A stretch of DNA of 29,251 nt from Fidelibacterota bacterium. GTDB lineage: Bacteria; Fidelibacterota; Fidelibacteria; Fidelibacterales; DSDE01. The DNA is taken from the NCBI GenBank assembly GCA_046735395.1, contig JBJKQR010000058.1:1-29251 (forward strand), written 5' to 3'. The notes below the pieces were generated by a model. That model was given only the letters and a program-made list of their open reading frames with translations. It did no database searches and was not told the DNA's origin. A program made the translations under genes and the position numbers. The first letter of the stretch is position 1, and each line of letters opens with the position of its first letter. Below, in pieces: positions 14,710-23,017 of the stretch.

Positions 14710-16164
14710 TCACTTGGATACTGCATTCCGGGCCATGCGGAAACCGACGTATTTCAGCCCGTTCACATTTCCGGAACGGGAGCGGCTGGTCACAGTACAG
14801 AAGGAGGCCATGGAATTCACCGCTCCTCCGCGAACAACGCGGTAGGCCCCGGGGCCGGCAACAAGCGGATTGACAGCCGAGGCCCGGCCGAAGCGTCCAT
14901 ATTGGTCAAAACACCATTCGGACACATTTCCGCTCATATCGTAAATCCCCAGTTCATTGGCTTTTTTCAGGCCCACCGGCTGTATATAAATGGAGCTGTT
15001 CAGAACATACCAGCCGACCTGATCCAGATTATCCGAACCGGAATATTCAGTGTTTCGTCCCTGTCGTCCTCCCCGTGCAGCATATTCCCACTCGGATTCC
15101 AGAGGCAGGCGATACCCGTCTGCCGATTTATTCACATGTACGGTGTCCTCTTTAATGAGATAGACCGGAGTCAGGCCCTCGATTGCCGATATCCAGTTGC
15201 AGTAAGCCACCGCGCCCAGCCAGGTAATTTCGGCTGCAGCCTCACGGCCATCGTCCGGATGCCCGTTTTTCTTCACGATGTAATTCTGGCCCTCATACCC
15301 GATGCCGCACTCCGTCTCATTCATGTTCAGCAGTTTATCCGGCTGCAGGGAATAGATACCGGAATTAAGAAAACGGACAAACTCCCGGTTGGTCACTTCA
15401 TAACGGCCGATGAAATAGTCGGGCAGCGTTACGGAAATCACCGTATCTCTCCGGGCCGCCCCTTTTCCCATAAGATAGGTGGAGCCCTTTACCAATATCA
15501 TGGAGGGAGAATAGAGAGACGCGGAAGCGACTTCGATATGTATGGAGCAAGTATCAACCTGCATCTGCCGGTCCCGGACCCGAAGCAGAACACGATAGCT
15601 TCCGGGCTGGGAATACCGGTGATTCACGGGAGCCAGATCCCGGAACCCGCCATCCCACACCCTGCCGTCTCCAAAATCCCAGCGCATTTTCAGGGAGGCC
15701 GTTGGATTGTCCCGGTCCGCACTTTTCCGCGGATCCAGATAAAAGATCGTATTCACGGAACCGGTGTTCATGGAACTTTCGAAGGCAGCCTTCGGCCCAT
15801 AATAATCCTGAACGACATCAATAAAAACGCGGTCGCGTGAGACCTGCCGCCCCACATAATGCACCACAGAGCTCAGGGCATAGTTACCGGGTTCAAGTCC
15901 CGCGGTGCGAAGCCGGCAGATACTGTCCGGTTTCATTGTGGAAAAAATCAACGAATCATTCAGAAAGTATTCAAGGCTGATAACGGATTCATAATGGTCA
16001 AGGCAGGGGGTGAGAATTTCGCCGATTTTAGTAACGGTCCGGTCCTGGGGCTTTAATATTCGATATTTCCCGTCATATACTGTTTTCTTTGAGCAGGCCC
16101 CGGCCAGTATCATTATAACCAGAATCGCCATCTCACATTGTCTTCGTATCAATACCTCACCCAA
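14710..16164 (-). CDS. secreted/lipoprotein with Ig-like and PKD domains and a C-terminal FGE-sulfatase (SUMF1-like) domain
   Basis: LAGAC lipobox-like sequence; WDFGDG...HRY..PGSY.V.L.V (PKD); YEVTN, RLPLESEWEYAARGG, NELGIYDMSGNVSEW, RVVRGG and GFR motifs. Exact start uncertain. Confidence 0.85.
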   Translation of the reverse strand: MGEVLIRRQCEMAILVIMILAGACSKKTVYDGKYRILKPQDRTVTKIGEILTPCLDHYESVISLEYFLNDSLIFSTMKPDSICRLRTAGLEPGNYALSSVVHYVGRQVSRDRVFIDVVQDYYGPKAAFESSMNTGSVNTIFYLDPRKSADRDNPTASLKMRWDFGDGRVWDGGFRDLAPVNHRYSQPGSYRVLLRVRDRQMQVDTCSIHIEVASASLYSPSMILVKGSTYLMGKGAARRDTVISVTLPDYFIGRYEVTNREFVRFLNSGIYSLQPDKLLNMNETECGIGYEGQNYIVKKNGHPDDGREAAAEITWLGAVAYCNWISAIEGLTPVYLIKEDTVHVNKSADGYRLPLESEWEYAARGGRQGRNTEYSGSDNLDQVGWYVLNSSIYIQPVGLKKANELGIYDMSGNVSEWCFDQYGRFGRASAVNPLVAGPGAYRVVRGGAVNSMASFCTVTSRSRSGNVNGLKYVGFRMARNAVSK

Positions 16165-16230
16165 TCCCCAGAACTATTTCTTTCCTTTTCGGGCTTGTAC
16201 CCGGATGTCACCTACATAAAAGTTGAGAAA

Positions 16231-16259
16231 ATTGTAGGTATTTTTCCCGAGGAAAGCAA
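16231..16259 (-). promoter_or_regulatory. putative sigma70 promoter for the FGE-domain gene
   Basis: - strand TTGCTT (16259-16254), 17-nt spacer, TACAAT (16236-16231). Confidence 0.5.
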
Positions 16260-16391
16260 GAAAATAGTTAGGAAGACACCCGTCCTTTCCCTTGACATCC
16301 GCGGCCCGGAAGGCAATGGATTCCATAAAATTAAGCTGTTATTTTAATCGCGATTCATTTATATTATTCGGCTAAAACTATGGGGTGCGTA

Positions 16392-17588
16392 ATGCGTCTG
16401 ACTCTGGACGACATAAATTTTAATCAGCGGAAGGCACTGGTTCGTGTTGACTTCAATGTTCCCCTGAATGAGAAGGGCGAGATCACCAATGATTTCCGCA
16501 TACAGTCAACTCTGCCAACCCTCCGAAAGATTCTGGCAGACGGCGGTTCCGTCATCTGCATGAGTCACCTGGGACGTCCGAAAGGAAAAGTAAGTGCGGA
16601 ATTTTCCCTGCGTCCGGTAGCACAGCGACTCGGCGAACTTCTGGCACAATCCGTTAAATTTGCGACAGACTGTATTGGTCCGGAAACGGAAAAGATGGCT
16701 GCAGACCTTCAGCCGGGGGAAATCCTTCTGCTGGAAAATCTGCGCTTTCACAGTGAAGAAACCGACAACGACAGCGAGTTTTCGAAAAAACTGGCGGGTC
16801 TTGCAGATATTTACGTAAATGATGCCTTCGGCAGCAGCCATCGGGCTCACGCTTCCACGGAAGGCGCCGCACGCTGTTTTGATCAGGCGGTGAGCGGCTA
16901 TCTGATGGAAAAGGAACTGTTTTATCTCAAGGATAAACTTGATACTCCGGATCGTCCCTTCACGGCTATCCTGGGAGGTTCCAAGATATCCGGGAAAATC
17001 GACACCATCGAATTCCTGCTGGGAAAAGTCGACACGCTGATTCTCGGCGGCGGGATGGTTTATACCTTTTACCGGGCGATGGGCTATGAAATCGGCACAT
17101 CTCTGGTGGAAGAGGAAAAAATAGATCTGGCGAAAGCCTTGCTGGACCGGGTAAAGAAGGAAAATCTGAATCTGATCATCCCCGATGATGTGGTGGTGGC
17201 GTCCGAATTTTCGAATGAGTCGCCCGCTGAAACAGTTTCCGTCACGGCCATGCCGGCTGATAAAATGGGACTGGATATCGGACCGGCAACCCGGAGAAAA
17301 TTTGATGAGATTATCCGGAACAGCAAGACCATTCTCTGGAATGGCCCGCTTGGTGTTTTCGAATTTCCCAATTTTGCAGCCGGAACCAATGCCATCGCAG
17401 AAAGCCTGGCAGCCGCAACCGAAAAGGGCGCGATCTCTGTCATCGGCGGCGGGGATTCGGTGGCAGCGGTGAAGAACGCCGGATTAAGCGATAAAATGAG
17501 CCATGTTTCGACAGGCGGCGGCGCATCACTGGAACTCATCAGCGGCATGACACTGCCCGGCGTCGCAGCTCTTTCTGAAAAAGCATAA
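16392..17588 (+). CDS. pgk: phosphoglycerate kinase
   Basis: RVDFNVPL, SHLGRP, LLENLRF, NDAFG..HRAHAS, WNGP.GVFE, GGGDS and STGGGASLE motifs. Start is 16392 or 16380. Confidence 0.98.
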   Translation: MRLTLDDINFNQRKALVRVDFNVPLNEKGEITNDFRIQSTLPTLRKILADGGSVICMSHLGRPKGKVSAEFSLRPVAQRLGELLAQSVKFATDCIGPETEKMAADLQPGEILLLENLRFHSEETDNDSEFSKKLAGLADIYVNDAFGSSHRAHASTEGAARCFDQAVSGYLMEKELFYLKDKLDTPDRPFTAILGGSKISGKIDTIEFLLGKVDTLILGGGMVYTFYRAMGYEIGTSLVEEEKIDLAKALLDRVKKENLNLIIPDDVVVASEFSNESPAETVSVTAMPADKMGLDIGPATRRKFDEIIRNSKTILWNGPLGVFEFPNFAAGTNAIAESLAAATEKGAISVIGGGDSVAAVKNAGLSDKMSHVSTGGGASLELISGMTLPGVAALSEKA

Positions 17589-17598
17589 AGGTGTGGGA

Positions 17599-18360
17599 AT
17601 GAGAAAATTTCTGATTGCAGGCAACTGGAAAATGAATAATGATGGAAAAGCGGCGCTGGATTATGCCCGTTCCTTCAAAATAAAGGGCCTGTCCCGCTAT
17701 AACGCCGATATTCTGCTCTGTCCCCCCTATACAGCCCTCGGCATTCTTTCTGAAATTCTCCGGGATACTCCGGTTCACATCGGAGGGCAGAATCTCCATC
17801 AGGAAGTCAAAGGCGCATTCACTGGCGAGATCTCCGCGGAAATGCTCAAATCCGCCGGTTGTGATTATGTACTGGTCGGTCATTCCGAACGACGTCAGTA
17901 TTTCGGCGAAACAGATGCGGGTGTCAATGCAAAGACCCGGCGCGCCCTGGAAGCCGGTCTCGTTCCCGTCGTCTGTATCGGCGAGACTCTGGAGGAACGG
18001 CAGGCGGAAATCACCCAATCCATTATCGACAGACAGCTGACGGACGGCCTGCTGAATTTCAGCGAGGAAGACATGAAGAAAGTCGTCATCGCCTACGAAC
18101 CTGTCTGGGCCATCGGCACAGGCCTGACTGCCACACCCGACCAGGCTCAGGATGTCCACGCCTTCATTCGTAAACGTGTTGCAGCCCTGATTTCACAGTC
18201 GGTTGCCGAAGATTTACGAATTCTTTACGGAGGCAGCGCAAAAGTTGAAAATGCCCGGGATCTGCTCAGTCAGCCCGATATTGACGGACTGCTCATCGGG
18301 GGCGCAAGCCTGAAAGTTGACGACTTCACTGAAATCATAGAAATCGCTCATAATTTATAA
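17599..18360 (+). CDS. tpiA: triosephosphate isomerase
   Basis: AGNWKMN, GAFTGE, GHSERR, AYEPVWAIGTG, LYGGS and GGASL motifs. Confidence 0.98.
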   Translation: MRKFLIAGNWKMNNDGKAALDYARSFKIKGLSRYNADILLCPPYTALGILSEILRDTPVHIGGQNLHQEVKGAFTGEISAEMLKSAGCDYVLVGHSERRQYFGETDAGVNAKTRRALEAGLVPVVCIGETLEERQAEITQSIIDRQLTDGLLNFSEEDMKKVVIAYEPVWAIGTGLTATPDQAQDVHAFIRKRVAALISQSVAEDLRILYGGSAKVENARDLLSQPDIDGLLIGGASLKVDDFTEIIEIAHNL

Positions 18361-18379
18361 GTAAAAAGGATAGCATATC

Positions 18380-18760
18380 ATGTATGTATTTCTTATCATC
18401 ATTTTCGTACTTGTTTCCCTGCTGCTGATCGGTTCCATTCTGATGCAGTCATCCAAGGGCTCCGGACTCGCCGGCACCTTTGGTGGCCTCGGCGGAGCCA
18501 ATACCGTTTTCGGTGGCCGGGGAGCCGCTTCATTTCTGTCCAAGGCCACTCAGTATCTGGCCATCGCTTTTTTTGTTCTGACCATTCTGATCAACATGAC
18601 CATCCGCAGCAGAACACAGGTCACCAGTGTGGTTCAGGAAAAAGCGGCCCAGAACGCAGTGACACCGTCTTCCGCCCTGCCGAAGCCGGAAGGAATTGAC
18701 ATTATCGAACCCACGGTTCCTGCTGATGACAATTCTAAAAAATCTGAAGAAAAACAGTAG
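18380..18760 (+). CDS. secG: preprotein translocase subunit SecG
   Basis: TM-ILMQSSKGSGLAGTFGG...FG.RGA..FL.KAT-TM pattern; located between tpiA and tRNA-Leu. Confidence 0.93.
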   Translation: MYVFLIIIFVLVSLLLIGSILMQSSKGSGLAGTFGGLGGANTVFGGRGAASFLSKATQYLAIAFFVLTILINMTIRSRTQVTSVVQEKAAQNAVTPSSALPKPEGIDIIEPTVPADDNSKKSEEKQ

Positions 18761-18812
18761 ATATAAACAACCATTTACTGTAAATTACCCCGATTTTTTA
18801 CAGATCGGGTAT

Positions 18813-18895
18813 GCCCAGGTGGTGGAACTGGCAGACACACCATCTTGAGGGGGTGGCGTCCATTGGGCGTGCGGGTTCGAATCCCGCCCTGGGCA
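18813..18895 (+). tRNA. tRNA-Leu (anticodon GAG), CCA not encoded
   Basis: Acceptor GCCCAGG/CCTGGGC + discriminator A; D arm GGTGGAACTGGCAGACAC; anticodon arm CCATC-TTGAGGG-GGTGG; long variable arm; T arm GCGGG-TTCGAAT-CCCGC; followed by CAA. Confidence 0.95.
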
Positions 18896-18925
18896 CAAAA
18901 ACCAAAAGACCAAAGGTGATTTTTC

Positions 18926-20239
18926 ATGCTTAAACACATTACACTTGTCGTTCTCTCTTTAACCGTTCTGTTGGCAGCACAGAATATGGATGATCTGCAG
19001 AAGCAGGTGAACGAAGCAGAAAAAATGTTGGAACAGAACAACGTGATGGGTTCGGAAATGCTGCTCCAGAGCGTCATCGCACAGGATTCGACCTTCGCTC
19101 CTGCCTATTATCTCTATTCTGATCTCGCCCTTCATAAAGGCGATCTGAATGATTCTCAAGCTAAACTTGTCAAAGCAATCAAAAACAAGACGGATGATGA
19201 GACCTACCGTAAACGTCTGGAATCCCTGACCACTCTCGTCAACAGCCTGAAGGATGCAAAACGCGCTCTGGATGCCGACGAACTGGCCAACTGCAAAAAA
19301 ATCTACGGAGATATCATTTCGAAATTCCCCGAATTTGCCGAAGCCTATTATCTGCTGGGTATCGTAAACTCACGCGAAAATGACTATAAATCCTCCGCCG
19401 CCAATTTCAACAAAGCTTCCGAACTGGCCCCCGATGAAGAAAAATATGCATCCGCAACCAACAATCTTGTGGGCAAATACTTTATGGAAGGGATGGAATC
19501 CTACAAATATGGCGATTACAAAACGGCTGAAGAGAAATTTCGCGTCTCCATTGAAGTTGACCCCAGTTTTGTCAATGCCTATATGCAGATCGGTATCATC
19601 AAACGGAAATCCGGTGATCTGGACGGTGCCATTACCTGTCTGGAAAAAGGCGTGGCCGCAGCTCCCACGGATGTAAAAGCCATCTATAATCTGGGTTTGT
19701 TTTATGAAGCCGCCAATCGGGATAAGGATGCTGAAGCTCAATTTCAGAAGGTCATCGATACGGACTCGGGATTCGCTAAGGCCTATTCGGCCATTGCCGG
19801 CATCTATGTGAAGGAAAAGAAGCTTACCGAGGCGGAAAAACTCTATAAGAAATCTCTCGAAATTGATGAGACGTCCGCTGTCGCCTGGGACGGATACGGC
19901 GCCCTGCTGCTGCAGGTTCAGAAACTGACCGAGGCCCGGGACGCTCTGGTTCATGCCACACGGCTCGCTCCCCGTAACTACCGGTCCTTCTACCGTCTGG
20001 CCGAATGCTACAATCGTCTGGGATCCTTCAGTGATGCCCTTGCCGCTGCAAATTCTGCCGTCAAGCTGAACCGGAGATTTGCCGCTGCCTACATTGAACA
20101 GGGATTTGCCTTTTATGGTTTGAAGAAAAATACCGAATCCATCAATGCCTTCAATGCCGCCAGAAACGATCCGGGTTGGAGAAAATATGCGGAACACCAG
20201 ATTGAACTGCTGCGTGAGAACAAGCCCATCGAACGGTAA
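18926..20239 (+). CDS. exported tetratricopeptide-repeat protein
   Basis: Signal peptide; many TPR-like units (AYYLLG, AYMQIG, AIYNLG, AYSAIA, AWDGYG, SFYRLA, AYIEQG) at about 34-aa spacing. Confidence 0.88.
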   Translation: MLKHITLVVLSLTVLLAAQNMDDLQKQVNEAEKMLEQNNVMGSEMLLQSVIAQDSTFAPAYYLYSDLALHKGDLNDSQAKLVKAIKNKTDDETYRKRLESLTTLVNSLKDAKRALDADELANCKKIYGDIISKFPEFAEAYYLLGIVNSRENDYKSSAANFNKASELAPDEEKYASATNNLVGKYFMEGMESYKYGDYKTAEEKFRVSIEVDPSFVNAYMQIGIIKRKSGDLDGAITCLEKGVAAAPTDVKAIYNLGLFYEAANRDKDAEAQFQKVIDTDSGFAKAYSAIAGIYVKEKKLTEAEKLYKKSLEIDETSAVAWDGYGALLLQVQKLTEARDALVHATRLAPRNYRSFYRLAECYNRLGSFSDALAAANSAVKLNRRFAAAYIEQGFAFYGLKKNTESINAFNAARNDPGWRKYAEHQIELLRENKPIER

Positions 20240-20259
20240 CCGGAACACGAAATTTTCAT

Positions 20260-20292
20260 AAAAAAAGGAAGCAAATGCTTCCTTTTTTTTTT
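20260..20292 (+). terminator. rho-independent terminator (A/T-flanked, potentially bidirectional)
   Basis: A7-GGAAGC-AAAT-GCTTCC-T10 downstream of the TPR gene. Confidence 0.85.
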
Positions 20293-20335
20293 ATTTTTCA
20301 TTCAACCTGAACAAAACAGCGGGGCGGCTCCGAGG

Positions 20336-21025
20336 ATGATAAAAGGCGCAATATTCGACCTGGACAACACGCTGGTAGATTTCAATCACCTGAAAATTTC
20401 CTCGGTCAGGTCGGCCATTGACGGAATGATCGAAGCCGGAATGGCTTTGAATCCGGATGAGGCCTTCGACCGTATCATGGAGATTTACCAGGAAAAGGGC
20501 TGGGAATTTCAGAGCGTCTTTGATGAATTCATTCTGGAGCGGGAAAAAGCCATGAATTATAAATTCCTGGCCGCCGGCATCCTGGGCTATCGCAAGGCGC
20601 GCGAAGCAGCGCTGAAACCCTATCCGCATGTAAACGCCACCCTATACCAACTGGTGAAGGAAGGAATCAAGCTGGCCGTCGTCAGTGATGCCCCCAGCCG
20701 TGAAGCCTGGCTTCGGCTGTGTCAGCTGAATTTTCACCATCTTTTTGATGTGGTGATCACCTTTGATGACAGCGGTGTCCGCAAACCGGCACCCCAGCCA
20801 TTTCAAATGGCCCTTGACCGGATGAAACTGTCTGCCTCCGAAACGCTGATGATCGGCGACTGGCCGGAGCGGGACATGGCCGGGGCACGAAATCTCAATA
20901 TTCCCTCCGTCTTCGCACGATACGGCGATATTTTCGACACTCATGATTCGGGCGCCGATTATGAAATTACGAGTTTTGACGGAATTCTGGACATCATCCG
21001 GAATCTGAATACCGGAGCATCCTGA
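20336..21025 (+). CDS. HAD-superfamily subfamily IA phosphatase
   Basis: FDLDNTL (motif I), VVSD, RKP.P..F and MIGDWPERDMAGA motifs. Confidence 0.9.
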   Translation: MIKGAIFDLDNTLVDFNHLKISSVRSAIDGMIEAGMALNPDEAFDRIMEIYQEKGWEFQSVFDEFILEREKAMNYKFLAAGILGYRKAREAALKPYPHVNATLYQLVKEGIKLAVVSDAPSREAWLRLCQLNFHHLFDVVITFDDSGVRKPAPQPFQMALDRMKLSASETLMIGDWPERDMAGARNLNIPSVFARYGDIFDTHDSGADYEITSFDGILDIIRNLNTGAS

Positions 21026-22596
21026 TGGCCACCCTCCACAACAGTGAATTTCGTCAGCTGTGCGTCGGCAATGATGACGCACGCCGAATTGATAAGAAGG
21101 CCATCGAAGACCTGAATATTCCGGGCATTCAGCTAATGGAGGAAGCAGGTACTCAGGCAGCCCGTTATACCATCGCCTACTGTCACAAACACGCCATCCG
21201 CCGGGCCCTCGTCTTCTGCGGCAAGGGCAACAATGGCGGGGATGGCTATGTCATCGCCCGGGAATTGCACGCGCATTATTTTCAGGTCACCTGTATCTGT
21301 CCCGGCAGCGAAAAGATGATTACAGGTGATGCCCTCCACCATTATCAGCTCATGAAATCGGCCGGAACACCCATTCGCCATATTTCGGATGCAAATGAAA
21401 TCCATCCGCTTCTGGAAAAACCGGGAATCTGGATTGATGCCCTGCTGGGCACCGGAATTCATTCAGATCTGAATGATCCGATAAAAAGCCTGCTGCAAAC
21501 GCTGGTCTCAAAACGAATGAACCACCCGGTCGTGGCTGTTGACATTCCCTCCGGACTGGACGGAACGACCGGATTTCGTCACGGTGCGGTTCTGGCGGCG
21601 ACCTTTACGGTTTCAATGGGATTTCGTAAATGGGGTCATTACCTGAATGGTGCCCGTCATTACTGCGGCCATATTCTGGATGCACCTCTCTCCTACCCTC
21701 CCGAGGCTTCTGCGGCTGCGGTGAATCCGGCCACCCTCATCACAGATGAATTTATTAAAGACCGGATACGGCCCGTTGACCCGGATTCCCATAAATACAC
21801 ACGGGGGCAGGTCACCATAGTGGGTGGATCCCGGACCATGCCGGGAGCGCCTCTGCTTTCCGGACGGGCCGCACTGAACAGCGGCTGCGGTATGCTCCAT
21901 TATTTCTGTGCACCCTCTATCCTGCCCACACTGGCAGCTGCCTTTCCCGAAGCCCTTTTTCATATATCCGCTAATGAGGACGCGCTGACCGAGGACGATA
22001 TCCCGCAACTCAAGAGCCTTATTAAAAAAACATCAGCCTGGTGTGTAGGTCCGGGTTTGGGACGCAATCCCCGGACCGGGGACCTGCTGCATTCGTTTCT
22101 GCCGGATCTTGATGCGCCGTTGTGCATAGATGCGGATGCTCTGTATTTTCTCTCAGCGGAAGTTCTCAGCGCTCTGTCCGCACCGGTCGTCATCACTCCG
22201 CATGCCGGAGAATTCGGCAGACTCTTCGGATTTACTGCCGAAGAGATCCGGGATAAGGGGCCTGAACTGGCCCGGGAGGCGGCGCGATCCACTGGAACGG
22301 TTATTCACCTGAAGGGAGCCGGCAGCATTACAGCTGCTCCGGATGGCCGGCTGTTTGTTCACAGCAGCGGGAACCCGGGCATGGCCACAGCCGGGAGCGG
22401 CGACGTCCTCGCCGGCATGATAGCCTCGTTCTGCGCACAGGGACAGGACGTTCTGTCGGCAACCCTCATCGCGGCCCATCTCCATGGACGGGCGGGAGAT
22501 CTGGCGCGGCAGTCTCGCGGACTGCGGTCAATGCTGGCCTCAGATATTATCAATGCACTGCCGTCGGTGCTGATGCAATTCGACTCGGCAAACTGA
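21025..22596 (+). CDS. nnr: bifunctional NAD(P)H-hydrate epimerase/dehydratase
   Basis: LMEEAG, CGKGNNGGDG, DALLGTG and AVDIPSG (NnrE); HKY.RG, GPGLG, DADAL, TPHAGEF and GMATAGSGDVLAG (NnrD). Confidence 0.95.
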   Translation: MATLHNSEFRQLCVGNDDARRIDKKAIEDLNIPGIQLMEEAGTQAARYTIAYCHKHAIRRALVFCGKGNNGGDGYVIARELHAHYFQVTCICPGSEKMITGDALHHYQLMKSAGTPIRHISDANEIHPLLEKPGIWIDALLGTGIHSDLNDPIKSLLQTLVSKRMNHPVVAVDIPSGLDGTTGFRHGAVLAATFTVSMGFRKWGHYLNGARHYCGHILDAPLSYPPEASAAAVNPATLITDEFIKDRIRPVDPDSHKYTRGQVTIVGGSRTMPGAPLLSGRAALNSGCGMLHYFCAPSILPTLAAAFPEALFHISANEDALTEDDIPQLKSLIKKTSAWCVGPGLGRNPRTGDLLHSFLPDLDAPLCIDADALYFLSAEVLSALSAPVVITPHAGEFGRLFGFTAEEIRDKGPELAREAARSTGTVIHLKGAGSITAAPDGRLFVHSSGNPGMATAGSGDVLAGMIASFCAQGQDVLSATLIAAHLHGRAGDLARQSRGLRSMLASDIINALPSVLMQFDSAN

Positions 22597-22627
22597 AAAC
22601 GGAAACCTTTCGAATCAGGATTTTAAA

Positions 22628-23017
22628 ATGGGAAGCATGAAACGGATTAAATATCGTCTATTCACTGTTCTGTACGGTCTCGTCATCATCGTTATCAATT
22701 CCACACCGGGGGATAAAATTCCGGTCATCCATATCCCGAATTTTGACAAGTATGCGCATTTCGCCATTTACTTCGGATTCGGATTTCTGATGCTCATGGC
22801 CGTGATTGAGCATTTCAAGGCAAGCGGCGGCATCGCCATCCTCATTTCCTTTCTGATCGGAGCCGGTTTTGGCGCTCTCGATGAATTCCATCAATATTGG
22901 GTGCCGCGCAGAATCCCGTCCTTCTTTGATTTTCTGGCCGACATATCCGGCCTCACTGCCGGTATTTTCCTCATGTTCATGCTTATTCTGTACAAATATG
23001 TCAAGGTTCGTCTCTGA
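22628..23017 (+). CDS. VanZ-family membrane protein
   Basis: DKYAHF..Y and DEFHQ.WVP.R..S..DFLAD..G motifs; hydrophobic helices. Confidence 0.85.
   Translation: MGSMKRIKYRLFTVLYGLVIIVINSTPGDKIPVIHIPNFDKYAHFAIYFGFGFLMLMAVIEHFKASGGIAILISFLIGAGFGALDEFHQYWVPRRIPSFFDFLADISGLTAGIFLMFMLILYKYVKVRL

Noticed and set aside
14698..15840. Long antisense ORFs (this 380-aa one, also 383-1525, 5504-6292, 19370-20248 and others)
   Set aside because: They are shadows of well-supported genes on the opposite strand, with no recognisable motifs.
16292..16320. TTGACA as the -35 of the pgk promoter
   Set aside because: No acceptable -10 hexamer 16-18 nt downstream.
22628..23017. VanZ as a glycopeptide-resistance cluster
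   Set aside because: No other van genes are present, and standalone VanZ-family proteins are widespread.
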